A stretch of DNA of 64,000 nt from Acutalibacteraceae bacterium (GCA_963618495.1 CAVESF010000009.1:179-64178), one strand, 5' to 3'. Counted from the first letter of the stretch, positions 28,476-38,565 are shown. Notes: generated by a model from the letters alone, not told the origin. Made by a program: numbers and translations.

Positions 28476-29756
28476 ATGAAAGCAGACGCATACAATAAAT
28501 ACATAGGTCAGGTTTTTGACCGCAGATATAAAATAGTAAAAACCATCGGAATCGGCGGCATGGCGGTTGTTTTCGAGGCATACGATATAACGACGGGCAA
28601 GCGTGTCGCGATAAAAATGCTCAAGGACACGATAGAAAACGATACGCAGGCGATACGCCGCTTTATCAATGAATCCCGCGCTATCTCGATGATGGACAGC
28701 GACAATATAGTGAAGATTTATTATGTCTCCGTTTCGGGTCCGCATAAATTCATCGCCATGGAATATATCGACGGTATCACCCTGCGCGAATATATGAACC
28801 ATAAGGGCATGGTTTCATGGAGCGAAACGGTGGAATTTGCCATTCAGATACTTACCGCGCTCGGTCATGCGCATAGCAAGGGCATCATCCATCGCGATAT
28901 CAAGCCGCAGAATATCATGCTCACGGAGGGCGGCTATGTCAAGGTTACGGACTTCGGCATAGCGAAGATTCCGAAAGCGGAAACGCTCACTATGATAGAC
29001 AAGGCGATAGGCACCGTTTATTATATCAGTCCCGAGCAGGCGCGCGGACTCAGAATAGACGCGAGAAGCGACCTTTATTCGCTGGGCATAATGATGTATG
29101 AAATGGTGACAGGAAGACTTCCTTTCGTGGGCGAGGCGGCAATCTCCGTGCTTGTTTCGCATATGAACGAGATACCCAAGCCACCGACGATGTATAATCC
29201 GAATATACCAAAGGGACTGGAGCAGATTATCCTCTGCATGCTGGAAAAAGATCCCGAAAACAGATATCAGAGCGCATCGCAGGTGATAAGACAGCTGAAT
29301 CAGCTCAAGAAGAATCCGACGGTGATATTTCCCCAGCGCCGCCCGACAATGAAAACGCCGACCTCGGAAACCGTAATAGACAAGACAAAGGAACGCGAGA
29401 GGCTTCTCTACGGAGGGACAACGGGCGAGGTGCGCAAGGCGCCGACTTCAGACAGCATGCGCATAGGCAATATTCCCGCCTCCCCGCGCACCAACGCGAA
29501 TACGCAGGAGGCGACAACGCCGAATATTCCTTTCCCGGGCGTCAAACCGAGAAGAGGAAAAAGCTCTTCATTTGCTCTCGTCGTTGTCGTGTGCGTCATT
29601 TTCGTGGCGCTGGCTCTCGTAGGTCTCGGCATGATTTTCGGCATGCTCATCTCGGGCAGAATGCCCGAGGCGGCGGTATCGGTAATGATGCCGGAGAAAA
29701 TAAATATATTCACCGCGTTTATGCAGGCGGTAAAAAACACGGCGGGTATATTATAA
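28476..29756 (+). CDS. Hanks-type Ser/Thr protein kinase with a single C-terminal TM segment and no PASTA domains
   Basis: GIGGMAVVF...AIK, HRDIKPQN, DFGIA and SPEQ motifs. One TM helix near residue 370-395 is followed by only about 30 residues. Confidence 0.9.
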   Translation: MKADAYNKYIGQVFDRRYKIVKTIGIGGMAVVFEAYDITTGKRVAIKMLKDTIENDTQAIRRFINESRAISMMDSDNIVKIYYVSVSGPHKFIAMEYIDGITLREYMNHKGMVSWSETVEFAIQILTALGHAHSKGIIHRDIKPQNIMLTEGGYVKVTDFGIAKIPKAETLTMIDKAIGTVYYISPEQARGLRIDARSDLYSLGIMMYEMVTGRLPFVGEAAISVLVSHMNEIPKPPTMYNPNIPKGLEQIILCMLEKDPENRYQSASQVIRQLNQLKKNPTVIFPQRRPTMKTPTSETVIDKTKERERLLYGGTTGEVRKAPTSDSMRIGNIPASPRTNANTQEATTPNIPFPGVKPRRGKSSSFALVVVVCVIFVALALVGLGMIFGMLISGRMPEAAVSVMMPEKINIFTAFMQAVKNTAGIL

Positions 29757-29757
29757 A

Positions 29758-30702
29758 ATGAAGAACGAAATAAGCGGAATAATAATCCGAGGGCTTGGCG
29801 GACTCTATGATGTACTCTGCGGAGAGGAGATAATCTCATGCCGCGCACGCGGAGTTTTCCGCCATGAGAAAACCTCGGCGCAGGCGGGCGACAGAGTCGC
29901 CATCGCATATGACGGCGAAAATAAAAATGCGGGTTATGTTATAGATAAGATATTGCCGCGCAAAAATCTGCTTATACGCCCCGCGCTTGCAAATACGGAT
30001 GTACTTTTTATCGCGTTTGCACCGTCGCATCCCGAGCCGGATTTGCTCGGCATAGATAAACTGACGGCTATCGCCGTGCATAACGGGATAACGCCTGTCA
30101 TCGTGATAACAAAAGCCGATATAGACAGGGAAAAAGCAGAGGAATACCGCAGAACATATGAGAAATGCGGTTTTACCGTTCTGCTCACATCGTCTGTCGA
30201 GGGCGAGGGAATGGGCGCTGTGCGCGATTATATCTGCACAAGAGGCGAGGATGAGATATTTGCTTTTGCAGGCGCTTCGGGTGTCGGCAAATCGACGCTT
30301 ATCAGCAGTATCTTTTCCGAGCTGAAGCTTGAAACGGGCAGAATAAGCGAAAAAACGGCGCGTGGCAGACATACTACCCGCGCGGTGACGCTGTTTTTAT
30401 GTGATTGCGGCGGCAAACGGATGTTTATTGCCGATACTCCGGGATTTTCCATGCTGGATTTTATAAATTTCAACTTTTTCGGGCTGGAAGAGCTTGTTTA
30501 TACTTTCCCCGAATTTGAAAAATATCTCGGAAATTGCCGATATCGCGGCTGTACCCATACAAAAGAAGAGGGCTGTGCCGTGCTTGCGGCAGTGGCGGAG
30601 GGCGCCGTGCCTGAAAGCCGCCATGACAGCTACCTTACTATATATGAGGAACTGAAAAAGGTTCCGGAATGGAAGAGAAAAGCAATGGAGAGCGGGAGAT
30701 AA
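29758..30702 (+). CDS. rsgA: Ribosome small-subunit-dependent GTPase A
   Basis: Circularly permuted GTPase with ITKADI, GASGVGKSTL and a C-terminal zinc motif CRYRGCTHTKEEGC. Confidence 0.9.
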   Translation: MKNEISGIIIRGLGGLYDVLCGEEIISCRARGVFRHEKTSAQAGDRVAIAYDGENKNAGYVIDKILPRKNLLIRPALANTDVLFIAFAPSHPEPDLLGIDKLTAIAVHNGITPVIVITKADIDREKAEEYRRTYEKCGFTVLLTSSVEGEGMGAVRDYICTRGEDEIFAFAGASGVGKSTLISSIFSELKLETGRISEKTARGRHTTRAVTLFLCDCGGKRMFIADTPGFSMLDFINFNFFGLEELVYTFPEFEKYLGNCRYRGCTHTKEEGCAVLAAVAEGAVPESRHDSYLTIYEELKKVPEWKRKAMESGR

Positions 30703-30855
30703 AAATCCTGCTCCCTTCCTTTTTATTTTCTTCTCTGATTTTTGCTGCTCACAAAAATTCCCCGCTGTCACCTGACAGCGGAAAATTTTATGCCATAGGA
30801 AAATTTTATGCCATAATAGACAAAATATCAGCCGAAAAATCTGCTAATAGTAATA

Positions 30856-30884
30856 TTGACATCGTAAAATAATAATGATAAAAT
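30856..30884 (+). promoter_or_regulatory. Promoter of the lipoprotein-MBOAT operon
   Basis: TTGACA, 17 nt spacer, TGA-TAAAAT. Confidence 0.6.
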
Positions 30885-30932
30885 TATATCATGAAAAAGT
30901 CTGCTGTGAGCAGATATATTTCGGAGGGAAAT

Positions 30933-32885
30933 ATGAAGAAAACAATACGAATATTTGCCTTTATACTGGCGGTTTCCATGTGCATGGGAATAGTCGCCTG
31001 CGGAAATAAGCCGGATGAGACGACAGGCTCTTCTTCCGCCACGGCTTCAACCTCGGAAAGCAGGGAAACCACAGGCGCAGCAAGCGGCACCGACAGCGCG
31101 GCAACAGCTGCAACAGCCACGACCGACGCAACAAGCACCGGAGGCACTGTGGAGCCTCCCGCACCCACACCGGTATATAACAAGCTCCTCGCCGAAAAGC
31201 ACGGCGAATATCTGACAGTCAAATACAATCCCGCATACTGCGATCTTTCCGTTTCCACAAAAGAGGGAATAGGCGACTCGTACAAAGCGACAGTCACCGT
31301 CAAAATGAAAGACGGATACAAATTCAAAGGCTTCTCCTTTGACAGCGGCATTGCCAACGGCAAAGAAATCGCTTCCATGAAAACCGAATACACATTTGAT
31401 GTCGAAGATGAATGCACTCTTTTCGTCAACTGCGCGATGACATATGTCTATCATCTGAACGGCGGCACTCATGTCAGCGGCAGGGACGCCGTTGAATACG
31501 ATGCCGATGTAACCTACTATAAGAACCCAAATTCACTCCCTGAGCGCGGATATTTCAGGCGCGACGGATATGTTCTCGTCGAATACAACACCAAAGCGGA
31601 CGGCACGGGCGATGGCACAAGCCTCGGTTCAAGACCGTATGTCGGCGACAGAGCGAAAATCGACCTCTACTGCATCTGGGCAAAGGAAGCTCCCGCCTCC
31701 GATTTCGAATACGAGAAATCCGGCAGCGAAATCAAAATAACAGGCTATAAGGGAAGCGAAGAGGATACCCTTGCCGTTCCCGCAAAAATAGACGGACTCG
31801 CCGTCACATCCATTGGCAAGCGTGCGCTCGCCGGCACAAAGGCAGAGACAATCGTTCTCCCCGCAAGCGTAACGGAGCTCTGCGAAAAGGCTTTTGCCGA
31901 TTCCGAAATGTCCGCCCTCGTGATAACCGACGCGATAATAAAATTCACGGGTGAAGCATCGGGCTGGGGAATGAGCGCCGCAAATACGGTGATTGACGGT
32001 TGCGGAAATCTCGCAAATCTGCGTATCAATGCCGTTCTCTACCCGCTCTATGTGACATATATCGAATCCAATATGAAATATGACTATATGCTTTGGGCAA
32101 AGGACCGCAAAAAAATAGTCTATGTGGCAGGCTCGAGCGGTCAGTTCGGCTTTGTCGCGGAGGATATGGAAAAGGCGCTCGACGATGAATATGTAGTAGT
32201 CAACTACGGCACAAACGCCAATATCAGCGGTGCTTTCTGGATGGAGTATCTTTCCAAACTTATGGGAGAGGACGATATCCTCCTCTGGGCGCCCGAGGAC
32301 GGGCAGTATCTCTTCGGTAACAACCGCCTCAATAACAGACTCTGGCGTTCCGTCGAATGCAACTATGATATTTTCAGATATGTGGATATCAGAAATTACA
32401 CAAATGTTTTCGGCTCTTTTGAATCCCAGCAAAGCGAAAAAGCAAAGAACAGCACCGTTCGCGAATACGACCGCTTCAACGATGCTATAAACAATAACGG
32501 CGACCTTTTCAATAACAGAAGCGCAGGCGCGGTAAAGGGCGGCTTTACTTTCAATCAGTTCCCGAGCAAGGAATGCATCGCATTTATGAATACGCAGTTT
32601 GACAAAATGGCTGAAAACGGCGTGAAGGTTTATATCTCGTTTGCTCCCATGTCAAAGAGCGTGCTCTACGATATAGCCAAAAAGACGCAGGCAGACCTTG
32701 ACGAATACTCCGGCAATGTCGCAAAGAACTATCACGGTACAGTCATTTCCAATATAGCCGACCATGCCATAGACAGCAGATATTTTGCCGATTCCGAATG
32801 GCACATGACGGATGCCGGCGCACACCTGAGAACGGAAATACTCATCCGCGAGCTGAAGGCTCAGCTTGAAAAAGAGGCAAAATAA
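30933..32885 (+). CDS. Surface lipoprotein: Ser/Thr-rich linker, Listeria-Bacteroides-type repeat, BspA-like LRR, C-terminal SGNH/DltD-like domain
   Basis: Lipobox IVACG. YNTKADGTGDG repeat signature. LRR_5-like segment (AVTSIGKRALAGT...LPASVTEL). C-terminal VAGSSGQFG and DSEWHMTDAG resemble SGNH/DltD blocks I and V. The ATG at 30933 follows GGAGGG. Confidence 0.6.
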   Translation: MKKTIRIFAFILAVSMCMGIVACGNKPDETTGSSSATASTSESRETTGAASGTDSAATAATATTDATSTGGTVEPPAPTPVYNKLLAEKHGEYLTVKYNPAYCDLSVSTKEGIGDSYKATVTVKMKDGYKFKGFSFDSGIANGKEIASMKTEYTFDVEDECTLFVNCAMTYVYHLNGGTHVSGRDAVEYDADVTYYKNPNSLPERGYFRRDGYVLVEYNTKADGTGDGTSLGSRPYVGDRAKIDLYCIWAKEAPASDFEYEKSGSEIKITGYKGSEEDTLAVPAKIDGLAVTSIGKRALAGTKAETIVLPASVTELCEKAFADSEMSALVITDAIIKFTGEASGWGMSAANTVIDGCGNLANLRINAVLYPLYVTYIESNMKYDYMLWAKDRKKIVYVAGSSGQFGFVAEDMEKALDDEYVVVNYGTNANISGAFWMEYLSKLMGEDDILLWAPEDGQYLFGNNRLNNRLWRSVECNYDIFRYVDIRNYTNVFGSFESQQSEKAKNSTVREYDRFNDAINNNGDLFNNRSAGAVKGGFTFNQFPSKECIAFMNTQFDKMAENGVKVYISFAPMSKSVLYDIAKKTQADLDEYSGNVAKNYHGTVISNIADHAIDSRYFADSEWHMTDAGAHLRTEILIRELKAQLEKEAK

Positions 32886-32897
32886 GAGGTAAAATAT

Positions 32898-33152
32898 ATG
32901 TTTCCCGATAAACTCACTCTTTTTTCTCATCCGGCGATACTTATTATGCTCGCCGCAATGACAGCGATGTTTATACTCGAGTTTGTTTTCAGGAAAAAGT
33001 TTTTCATTATAGTAAACGCCGCTTTTGCGGCGTTTGCCGTAATACTGGGACTTTATCTTGAAATCTCTCTTTCCGAGGTGCTGATACTCGTGCTTATCGC
33101 GCTTATCATGCGCCTTATTCTGACACTGCGGAGGGAAAAGCATGACATTTAA
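32898..33152 (+). CDS. 84-aa hydrophobic mini membrane protein, translationally coupled to the MBOAT gene
   Basis: GAGG RBS. Three hydrophobic stretches. Its stop overlaps the MBOAT start by 11 nt. Confidence 0.5.
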   Translation: MFPDKLTLFSHPAILIMLAAMTAMFILEFVFRKKFFIIVNAAFAAFAVILGLYLEISLSEVLILVLIALIMRLILTLRREKHDI

Positions 33153-34596
33153 TTCGTTTGAATTTCTTATATTTTTCCCGATATTCCTGCTCTGCTATTT
33201 TCTGCTCCCGAAAAAGCTGAAAATGCCCGCTATGCTCGCCCTGAGCTATTGGTTCTATGCCGCATGGAATTTCCGCCTGCTCGCGCTGATAATTTTTACT
33301 ACGGCGGTATCGTATTTCTGCGCGCTGGCGATAGAAAAGACAGAGAAAAAAGGGCTTAAAAAGCTCTGCATAACGCTGACGCTCATCGTCTGCCTCGGCA
33401 CGCTTTTCTTCTTTAAATATTATAATTTCATGGCAGGCACCGTTTCGGGCGTTATGAGCGCGATAAACGGCAAGGCATACGATTTCTCGCTGAATCTGAT
33501 ACTCCCCGTGGGAATCTCGTTCTATACATTCCAGACGCTCTCGTATGCGATAGATGTTTATCGCGGCGATATAAAGGCGGAGCGGAATTTCTTCTGGTAT
33601 GCGCTTTTCGTCAGCTTCTTTCCGCAACTTGTGGCAGGTCCTATCGAGCGACCCGACAATCTGCTGCCTCAGCTCAAGGAATTTCATCGCCTGACTGCGG
33701 AAAATGCCTTTCTCGGCATGCAGAAAATGGCTGTCGGCTTCTTCAAGAAGATAGCCGTCGCCGATATTCTCGCGGGATATGTCAACTCGGTTTATAACGA
33801 TATCGGAAACGCCACGGCAACAGGCATAATCATAGCGACGGTGCTTTTTGCCGTTCAGATATACTGCGATTTCTCGGGATATACCGATATCGCCATAGGA
33901 TGCTCGCGGATAATGGGCATACGCCTCATGCAGAATTTCGACCGTCCGTATTCGGCGCGCTCGATAAAGGAATTCTGGGACAGATGGCATATCAGCCTTT
34001 CAACATGGTTCCGAGATTATCTCTACATACCGCTCGGAGGCAACAGATGCTCCCGCGCAAGGTATTATCTGAATCTTTTCGTCGTATTTCTCGTGAGCGG
34101 CTTGTGGCACGGCGCAAACTGGACTTTTGTAATCTGGGGTGCTCTCCACGGATTTTTCCGCATATTCGGCTCGGCTACGAAAAAATACCGCATGGCGCTC
34201 TATACGAAAATAGGCATAAAGACAGATTCGCGCGTTTTTGCCGCCATGCAGAGATTTACCACATTCTTTTTCGTCTGTCTTGCGTGGATTTTCTTCCGCG
34301 CAAACAGCATTTCCGATGTCGGTGCGGCATTCGGCAAGCTCTTCTCTTCCCCGGCATATTCCTTTGCCGATACGGTTTCGGGCATGGGACTGACCGCGGC
34401 AGGCGCGCTCTATTGCGCTCTTGCAATAACGGCGCTCATTCTCATGGACAGAGTAATGAGCATACCGAAGCTTGAGAGCGACGGCTGTACGGCAAAAAAA
34501 ACGACGGTGCTTTATACCGTCTGGGCGGTTATCGCCGCATGGGTGCTGATACTTTCCGTCGGCGGCGCGAGCACATTCATTTATTTCCAGTTCTGA
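33142..34596 (+). CDS. MBOAT-family membrane O-acyltransferase (AlgI/DltB/PatA-like)
   Basis: 484 aa, polytopic, with FWDRWHISLSTWFRDYLYIPLGGNR and SGLWHGANW...GALHG signature histidines. Confidence 0.9.
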   Translation: MTFNSFEFLIFFPIFLLCYFLLPKKLKMPAMLALSYWFYAAWNFRLLALIIFTTAVSYFCALAIEKTEKKGLKKLCITLTLIVCLGTLFFFKYYNFMAGTVSGVMSAINGKAYDFSLNLILPVGISFYTFQTLSYAIDVYRGDIKAERNFFWYALFVSFFPQLVAGPIERPDNLLPQLKEFHRLTAENAFLGMQKMAVGFFKKIAVADILAGYVNSVYNDIGNATATGIIIATVLFAVQIYCDFSGYTDIAIGCSRIMGIRLMQNFDRPYSARSIKEFWDRWHISLSTWFRDYLYIPLGGNRCSRARYYLNLFVVFLVSGLWHGANWTFVIWGALHGFFRIFGSATKKYRMALYTKIGIKTDSRVFAAMQRFTTFFFVCLAWIFFRANSISDVGAAFGKLFSSPAYSFADTVSGMGLTAAGALYCALAITALILMDRVMSIPKLESDGCTAKKTTVLYTVWAVIAAWVLILSVGGASTFIYFQF

Positions 34597-34609
34597 GGAG
34601 GTGCGATAT

Positions 34610-36040
34610 ATGAAAAAATCAGTTGTAAGATTCATCTGCATATTGCTGCTTCTTCTGCTTCCGCTCTCGTGCGCCGCTTCCGTCGGCTTTCTCATAAAAC
34701 CGCAGTTTACAAAGCTTTTCACAGCGGAGTTATATGACAAGGTAGCGCGGCTGGACAGCATAAAGGAGCCGAAAATTGTCATCGTCAGCGGCAGCAGCGC
34801 CGCTTTCGGGCTTGACAGCAAGCTGCTTGAAGATACGCTCGGCATGCCCGTAGTCAATTTCGGACTCTATGCCTCCATCGGCACGAAAGCAATGATGGAC
34901 CTCTCGCGCAAATCAATAAGAGAGGGCGATATCATAGTTCTCGCGCCTGAGATGGACCGTCAGCTCCTCTCGCTTTATTTCGGCGCGGATTCGCTCTGGC
35001 AGGCGTGCGACGGGCATTTCGGTCTGCTCACGCGGCTCTCGCGTGACGACGCTCCCGCCATGCTCGGCGCATACTGGAAATTTGCCGCGTCGAAATTCCG
35101 CTACAGCAGAGGCACGCCGCTCGAACCTGCCGGAGTCTATTCAAAAAGCGCTTTCAACGAATACGGCGATATCGATTATCACGACAGAAAATACAACATC
35201 ATGGCGCAGGGCTATGACCCCGCGCACATCATAGATTTCTCGCCGGATATCGTTTCGCAGGATTTCATCGATTATGTAAACGAATATGTAGAATATGCAA
35301 AAAATCGCGGCGCGACGGTGTATTTCGGCTTTGCTCCGATGAATATGAGCGCGCTCCGCGAGGGTACGGAGATAGAGGATATCGAGGCTTTCGAAGCTTT
35401 TCTCGAGTCAAATCTCAAAGCTCCTCTGCTCGGCAGTGCCAACGGATATATCTATCGCGCGGGCTACTTCTACGACAGCAATTTCCACATGAACGAAACG
35501 GGCGTTATCCTGCATACGCGCAGGCTTGCGCTCGACCTTGCCGAGGTGCTCGGCGGCATCGAGGTCAATATAGAACGCCCGAAAGAGCCTGTGAAACCTG
35601 ATGAACCCGACGAACCCGCAGAATATGACGAGAACGAAAAGTATTTCGTTTTTGAAGAAAAAGCAGGCAGTATCTATATCGCAGGTGTAAGCGATGAAGG
35701 CAAGAAGCTCACCGCCCTGCGCACACCGACCGCCTATAACGGCAAGCGCGGTATCATCATCGGTACCGGTGCTTTTGCGGGATGCGGAAAGCTCACCGAG
35801 CTTTTTGTCACGGACAATATCTCGTATATCTCGGACGGTGCCTTTGTCGGCGCGGGAAAACTCATGAAGATTCATATTCTTGCCGAAAATCCCGATTCCA
35901 CAACGGTAAACGGCATGGGAAGCAGTCTCACAGAGGGTCTCCCCTCGGGCGCACAGTTCTATGTGCCGAGCGCATCGCTCGGAAGCTATGTCGGAAACTA
36001 TTTCTGGAGTACCTTTGCAGACAGAATAGTAGGAGAATAA
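34610..36040 (+). CDS. Membrane-anchored SGNH/DltD-like protein with C-terminal BspA-like LRR; paralog of 30933-32885 with swapped domain order
   Basis: N-terminal signal/anchor, IVSGSSAAFG and DSNFHMNETG motifs, a PKEPVKPDEPDEP linker and a C-terminal LRR_5-like segment. The ATG at 34610 lies 9 nt after GGAGG. Confidence 0.6.
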   Translation: MKKSVVRFICILLLLLLPLSCAASVGFLIKPQFTKLFTAELYDKVARLDSIKEPKIVIVSGSSAAFGLDSKLLEDTLGMPVVNFGLYASIGTKAMMDLSRKSIREGDIIVLAPEMDRQLLSLYFGADSLWQACDGHFGLLTRLSRDDAPAMLGAYWKFAASKFRYSRGTPLEPAGVYSKSAFNEYGDIDYHDRKYNIMAQGYDPAHIIDFSPDIVSQDFIDYVNEYVEYAKNRGATVYFGFAPMNMSALREGTEIEDIEAFEAFLESNLKAPLLGSANGYIYRAGYFYDSNFHMNETGVILHTRRLALDLAEVLGGIEVNIERPKEPVKPDEPDEPAEYDENEKYFVFEEKAGSIYIAGVSDEGKKLTALRTPTAYNGKRGIIIGTGAFAGCGKLTELFVTDNISYISDGAFVGAGKLMKIHILAENPDSTTVNGMGSSLTEGLPSGAQFYVPSASLGSYVGNYFWSTFADRIVGE

Positions 36041-36237
36041 AATAGGCGTTATAGTGCGAGTCGGCAACCGATGGCTGCCGGCTCGCTTCGGTCTGTCGAA
36101 AAACCCTAAATTCAGAAATTAGTTTTGGCGGATGCGTAGAATCGGCAACAAAAGAAAGCCTTCCCTCAAAGGCGCGCAAAAACCTTAATTCAGTATTGAA
36201 AATTTCATCATATGTGCCCAAAACCGACATAAAAAAA

Positions 36238-36273
36238 GCGAAAGCCACGGTCTCCCGTGCCTTTCGCTTTTTT
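36238..36273 (+). terminator. Intrinsic terminator after the second SGNH/LRR gene
   Basis: GCGAAAGCCACGG TCTC CCGTGCCTTTCGC plus TTTTTT. Confidence 0.8.
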
Positions 36274-36390
36274 GGGGGGATATATTAAGCCGAAGCAACG
36301 CCCGGCAAAATATCGGATTTCTTGTCATATATCATACTTTTTTGTCGTTTTGTCTTGTGACAGGACAGAAAAGTTACAGTATTAGTATAT

Positions 36391-36425
36391 CATATAATTT
36401 GTCTTATGTCAAGACAAATTATATG
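36391..36425. promoter_or_regulatory. Perfect 15 bp-arm palindrome (operator candidate) upstream of the XRE gene
   Basis: CATATAATTTGTCTT ATGTC AAGACAAATTATATG, ending 16 nt before the XRE start codon. Confidence 0.6.
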
Positions 36426-36441
36426 ATTTTCGGAGAAAACC

Positions 36442-36681
36442 ATGGCAAGAATTATCGACGGAAACAAAATGAATCTTATCGGCAAAAATGTAAAAAAGCT
36501 TAGAAAACAGAGGAAAATGAGTCAGCGCGAGCTCTCGGAAAAGCTCGAACTTCTCGGCGTTTATGTCTGTCGCGGCTCGGTCTCCCGCATAGAAGAAAGA
36601 GTGCGCACAGTCACCGATATCGAGCTTTATGCCATAAGCTGTGTATTCGGCGTGCCGGTTTCTGCCCTTTTTGAAGAATAA
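36442..36681 (+). CDS. XRE-family helix-turn-helix transcriptional regulator
   Basis: 79 aa with IGKNVKKLRKQRKMSQRELSEKL, a typical HTH_3. A perfect palindrome lies immediately upstream. Confidence 0.85.
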   Translation: MARIIDGNKMNLIGKNVKKLRKQRKMSQRELSEKLELLGVYVCRGSVSRIEERVRTVTDIELYAISCVFGVPVSALFEE

Positions 36682-36715
36682 AACAAGATTCCTCGGCATA
36701 AATTCAAATAAATTC

Positions 36716-36744
36716 TTGACAAATATCCCGTTTATTTGTATAAT
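36716..36744 (+). promoter_or_regulatory. Consensus promoter of the ligase/carrier-protein operon
   Basis: TTGACA, 17 nt spacer, TATAAT. Confidence 0.7.
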
Positions 36745-36792
36745 AGATATTTGTAAAGTAGGAAAAATCTTTTCTGAAAGGATGTATGTGTT

Positions 36793-38496
36793 TTGAAAAA
36801 AAGAGGCGCGGATCATATTGTATACAGCTTTGACAATCTATATGACGGCGTTAGGAAACAGGCAGAAAGATACGGCGAAAAAGCAAGATACGTTTATAAG
36901 GTAAATAAAGAAGAAAAAACTTTCACTTTCAATGACATGAAGCGTCATGTCGACTATATAGCCGCCGCTCTTGAAAAGCTCGGTCTTGCGGGTAAATTTG
37001 CGGGCGTCACAGGCGATACTCATCCCGACTATATAGCCTCATATATTGCCGTGGCAAGCTGCGGCGGCGTTATCGTTCCGCTTGATAAAGACATCCTGAA
37101 CGAGCAGTTTGTCGGATTCTGCGATATGTGCGATATAGAGATAATTTTCTATACTCACTCGCTCCATTCCAAAATGCTTGCCGTAAAGGATATGCTCCCG
37201 AAAGCAAAATATTTCGTAGCATTCGACTGCACGGAAGAGGAACTTCCCGAGCGCTTCATGCGTTTTGAGGATTTCTATGAAACAGGCAGGGCCGCATATG
37301 AAGAGGAAAATATCCGTCCTGCGGAAAATTACGAGCCGGATATGGACAAAATGTGTGCCATACTTTTCACCTCCGGCACTACGGGAACAAGCAAGGGCGT
37401 TATGCTCAGCCAGCGCAACCTCGTGACAAGCGCGCTTGATTCCTGCCGCGTAATGGCGACAAACGATGAAGATTTCTTCGTTTCCGTTCTTCCCATTCAT
37501 CATGCGTATGAGTTTACCTGCGAGCAGCTTGCACTGCCGAACTGCGGCGCATCCACCTACATAAACGATTCCATCAAAAATACCATGCGCAACTTTGCGA
37601 AAGTAAAGCCGCGTTCGCTCGTGCTTGTTCCGCTCTATATAGAGACGATTCACAAGCGCATCTGGGCAGAGATAGAAAAGAAAGGCAAGACCAAGCAGGT
37701 CAAAGCCGCGATGAAGATAAGCAATGCGCTCCGCCACGTCGGCATAGACATCCGCCGCAAGCTTTTTGCCGAGATTCTGAATGCTCTCGGCGGCGAGGTG
37801 AACTACATTGTCTGCGGCGGCGCTCCGCTCCGTCCCGAACTTATAGATGAATTTGATGCTTTCGGCATAATGATTTGCGAGGGCTACGGCATAACGGAAT
37901 GCTCCCCGCTTGTCGCCGCAAATCCGATGCACAAGCGCAAGCATCATTCCGCGGGCGTCACGGTAGAGCATATGGAAGCGCGTATAGCCAAGGCTGACCT
38001 CAATGATGAGACGGGCGAGATAGAAGTCAAGGGTCCTGCGGTGATGCTTGGCTACTACAAGAATCCCGAGGCTACAGCAGCTGTATTTACCGATGACGGC
38101 TGGTTCAGAACAGGAGATATCGGTTATATAGACGATGAAAATTATATTTTCATCACAGGCAGAAAGAAAAATATCATTCTTCTCTCAAACGGCAAGAATG
38201 TATTCCCCGAGGAACTTGAAGAATATCTCGGCGAATGCGAGCTTGTTGCGGAAAATGTCGTAATCGGCAGAAAGAATGAAGAAACAGGCGAGGTTGTTAT
38301 CACAGCGCTCGTATATCCCGATGCCGAAAAGATAAAAGGCATGAGTGCCGATGAAATTTATGCCAAGATAAAGGAAGAAATAAACGAAATAAACAAGAAA
38401 CTTCCCGCATTCAAGCATATCAGCGGTCTTGAAATAAGAGACACGGAATTTGAAAAAACCACATCAAGAAAAATCATGCGTTATAAGCTGAAGTAA
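36793..38496 (+). CDS. AMP-dependent synthetase/ligase (FadD-like adenylate-forming enzyme)
   Basis: 567 aa with FTSGTTGTSKGV, GYGITE and TGDIGYIDDENYIFITGRKKNIILLSNGKNVFPEELE motifs. TTG start per the ORF track. Confidence 0.85.
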   Translation: MKKRGADHIVYSFDNLYDGVRKQAERYGEKARYVYKVNKEEKTFTFNDMKRHVDYIAAALEKLGLAGKFAGVTGDTHPDYIASYIAVASCGGVIVPLDKDILNEQFVGFCDMCDIEIIFYTHSLHSKMLAVKDMLPKAKYFVAFDCTEEELPERFMRFEDFYETGRAAYEEENIRPAENYEPDMDKMCAILFTSGTTGTSKGVMLSQRNLVTSALDSCRVMATNDEDFFVSVLPIHHAYEFTCEQLALPNCGASTYINDSIKNTMRNFAKVKPRSLVLVPLYIETIHKRIWAEIEKKGKTKQVKAAMKISNALRHVGIDIRRKLFAEILNALGGEVNYIVCGGAPLRPELIDEFDAFGIMICEGYGITECSPLVAANPMHKRKHHSAGVTVEHMEARIAKADLNDETGEIEVKGPAVMLGYYKNPEATAAVFTDDGWFRTGDIGYIDDENYIFITGRKKNIILLSNGKNVFPEELEEYLGECELVAENVVIGRKNEETGEVVITALVYPDAEKIKGMSADEIYAKIKEEINEINKKLPAFKHISGLEIRDTEFEKTTSRKIMRYKLK

Positions 38497-38565
38497 TCCT
38501 GCTTATATTATATCAAAGGCTATTTTAAAAGATACAAGTGCTTTATTTGAAAAAGGAGACATATT

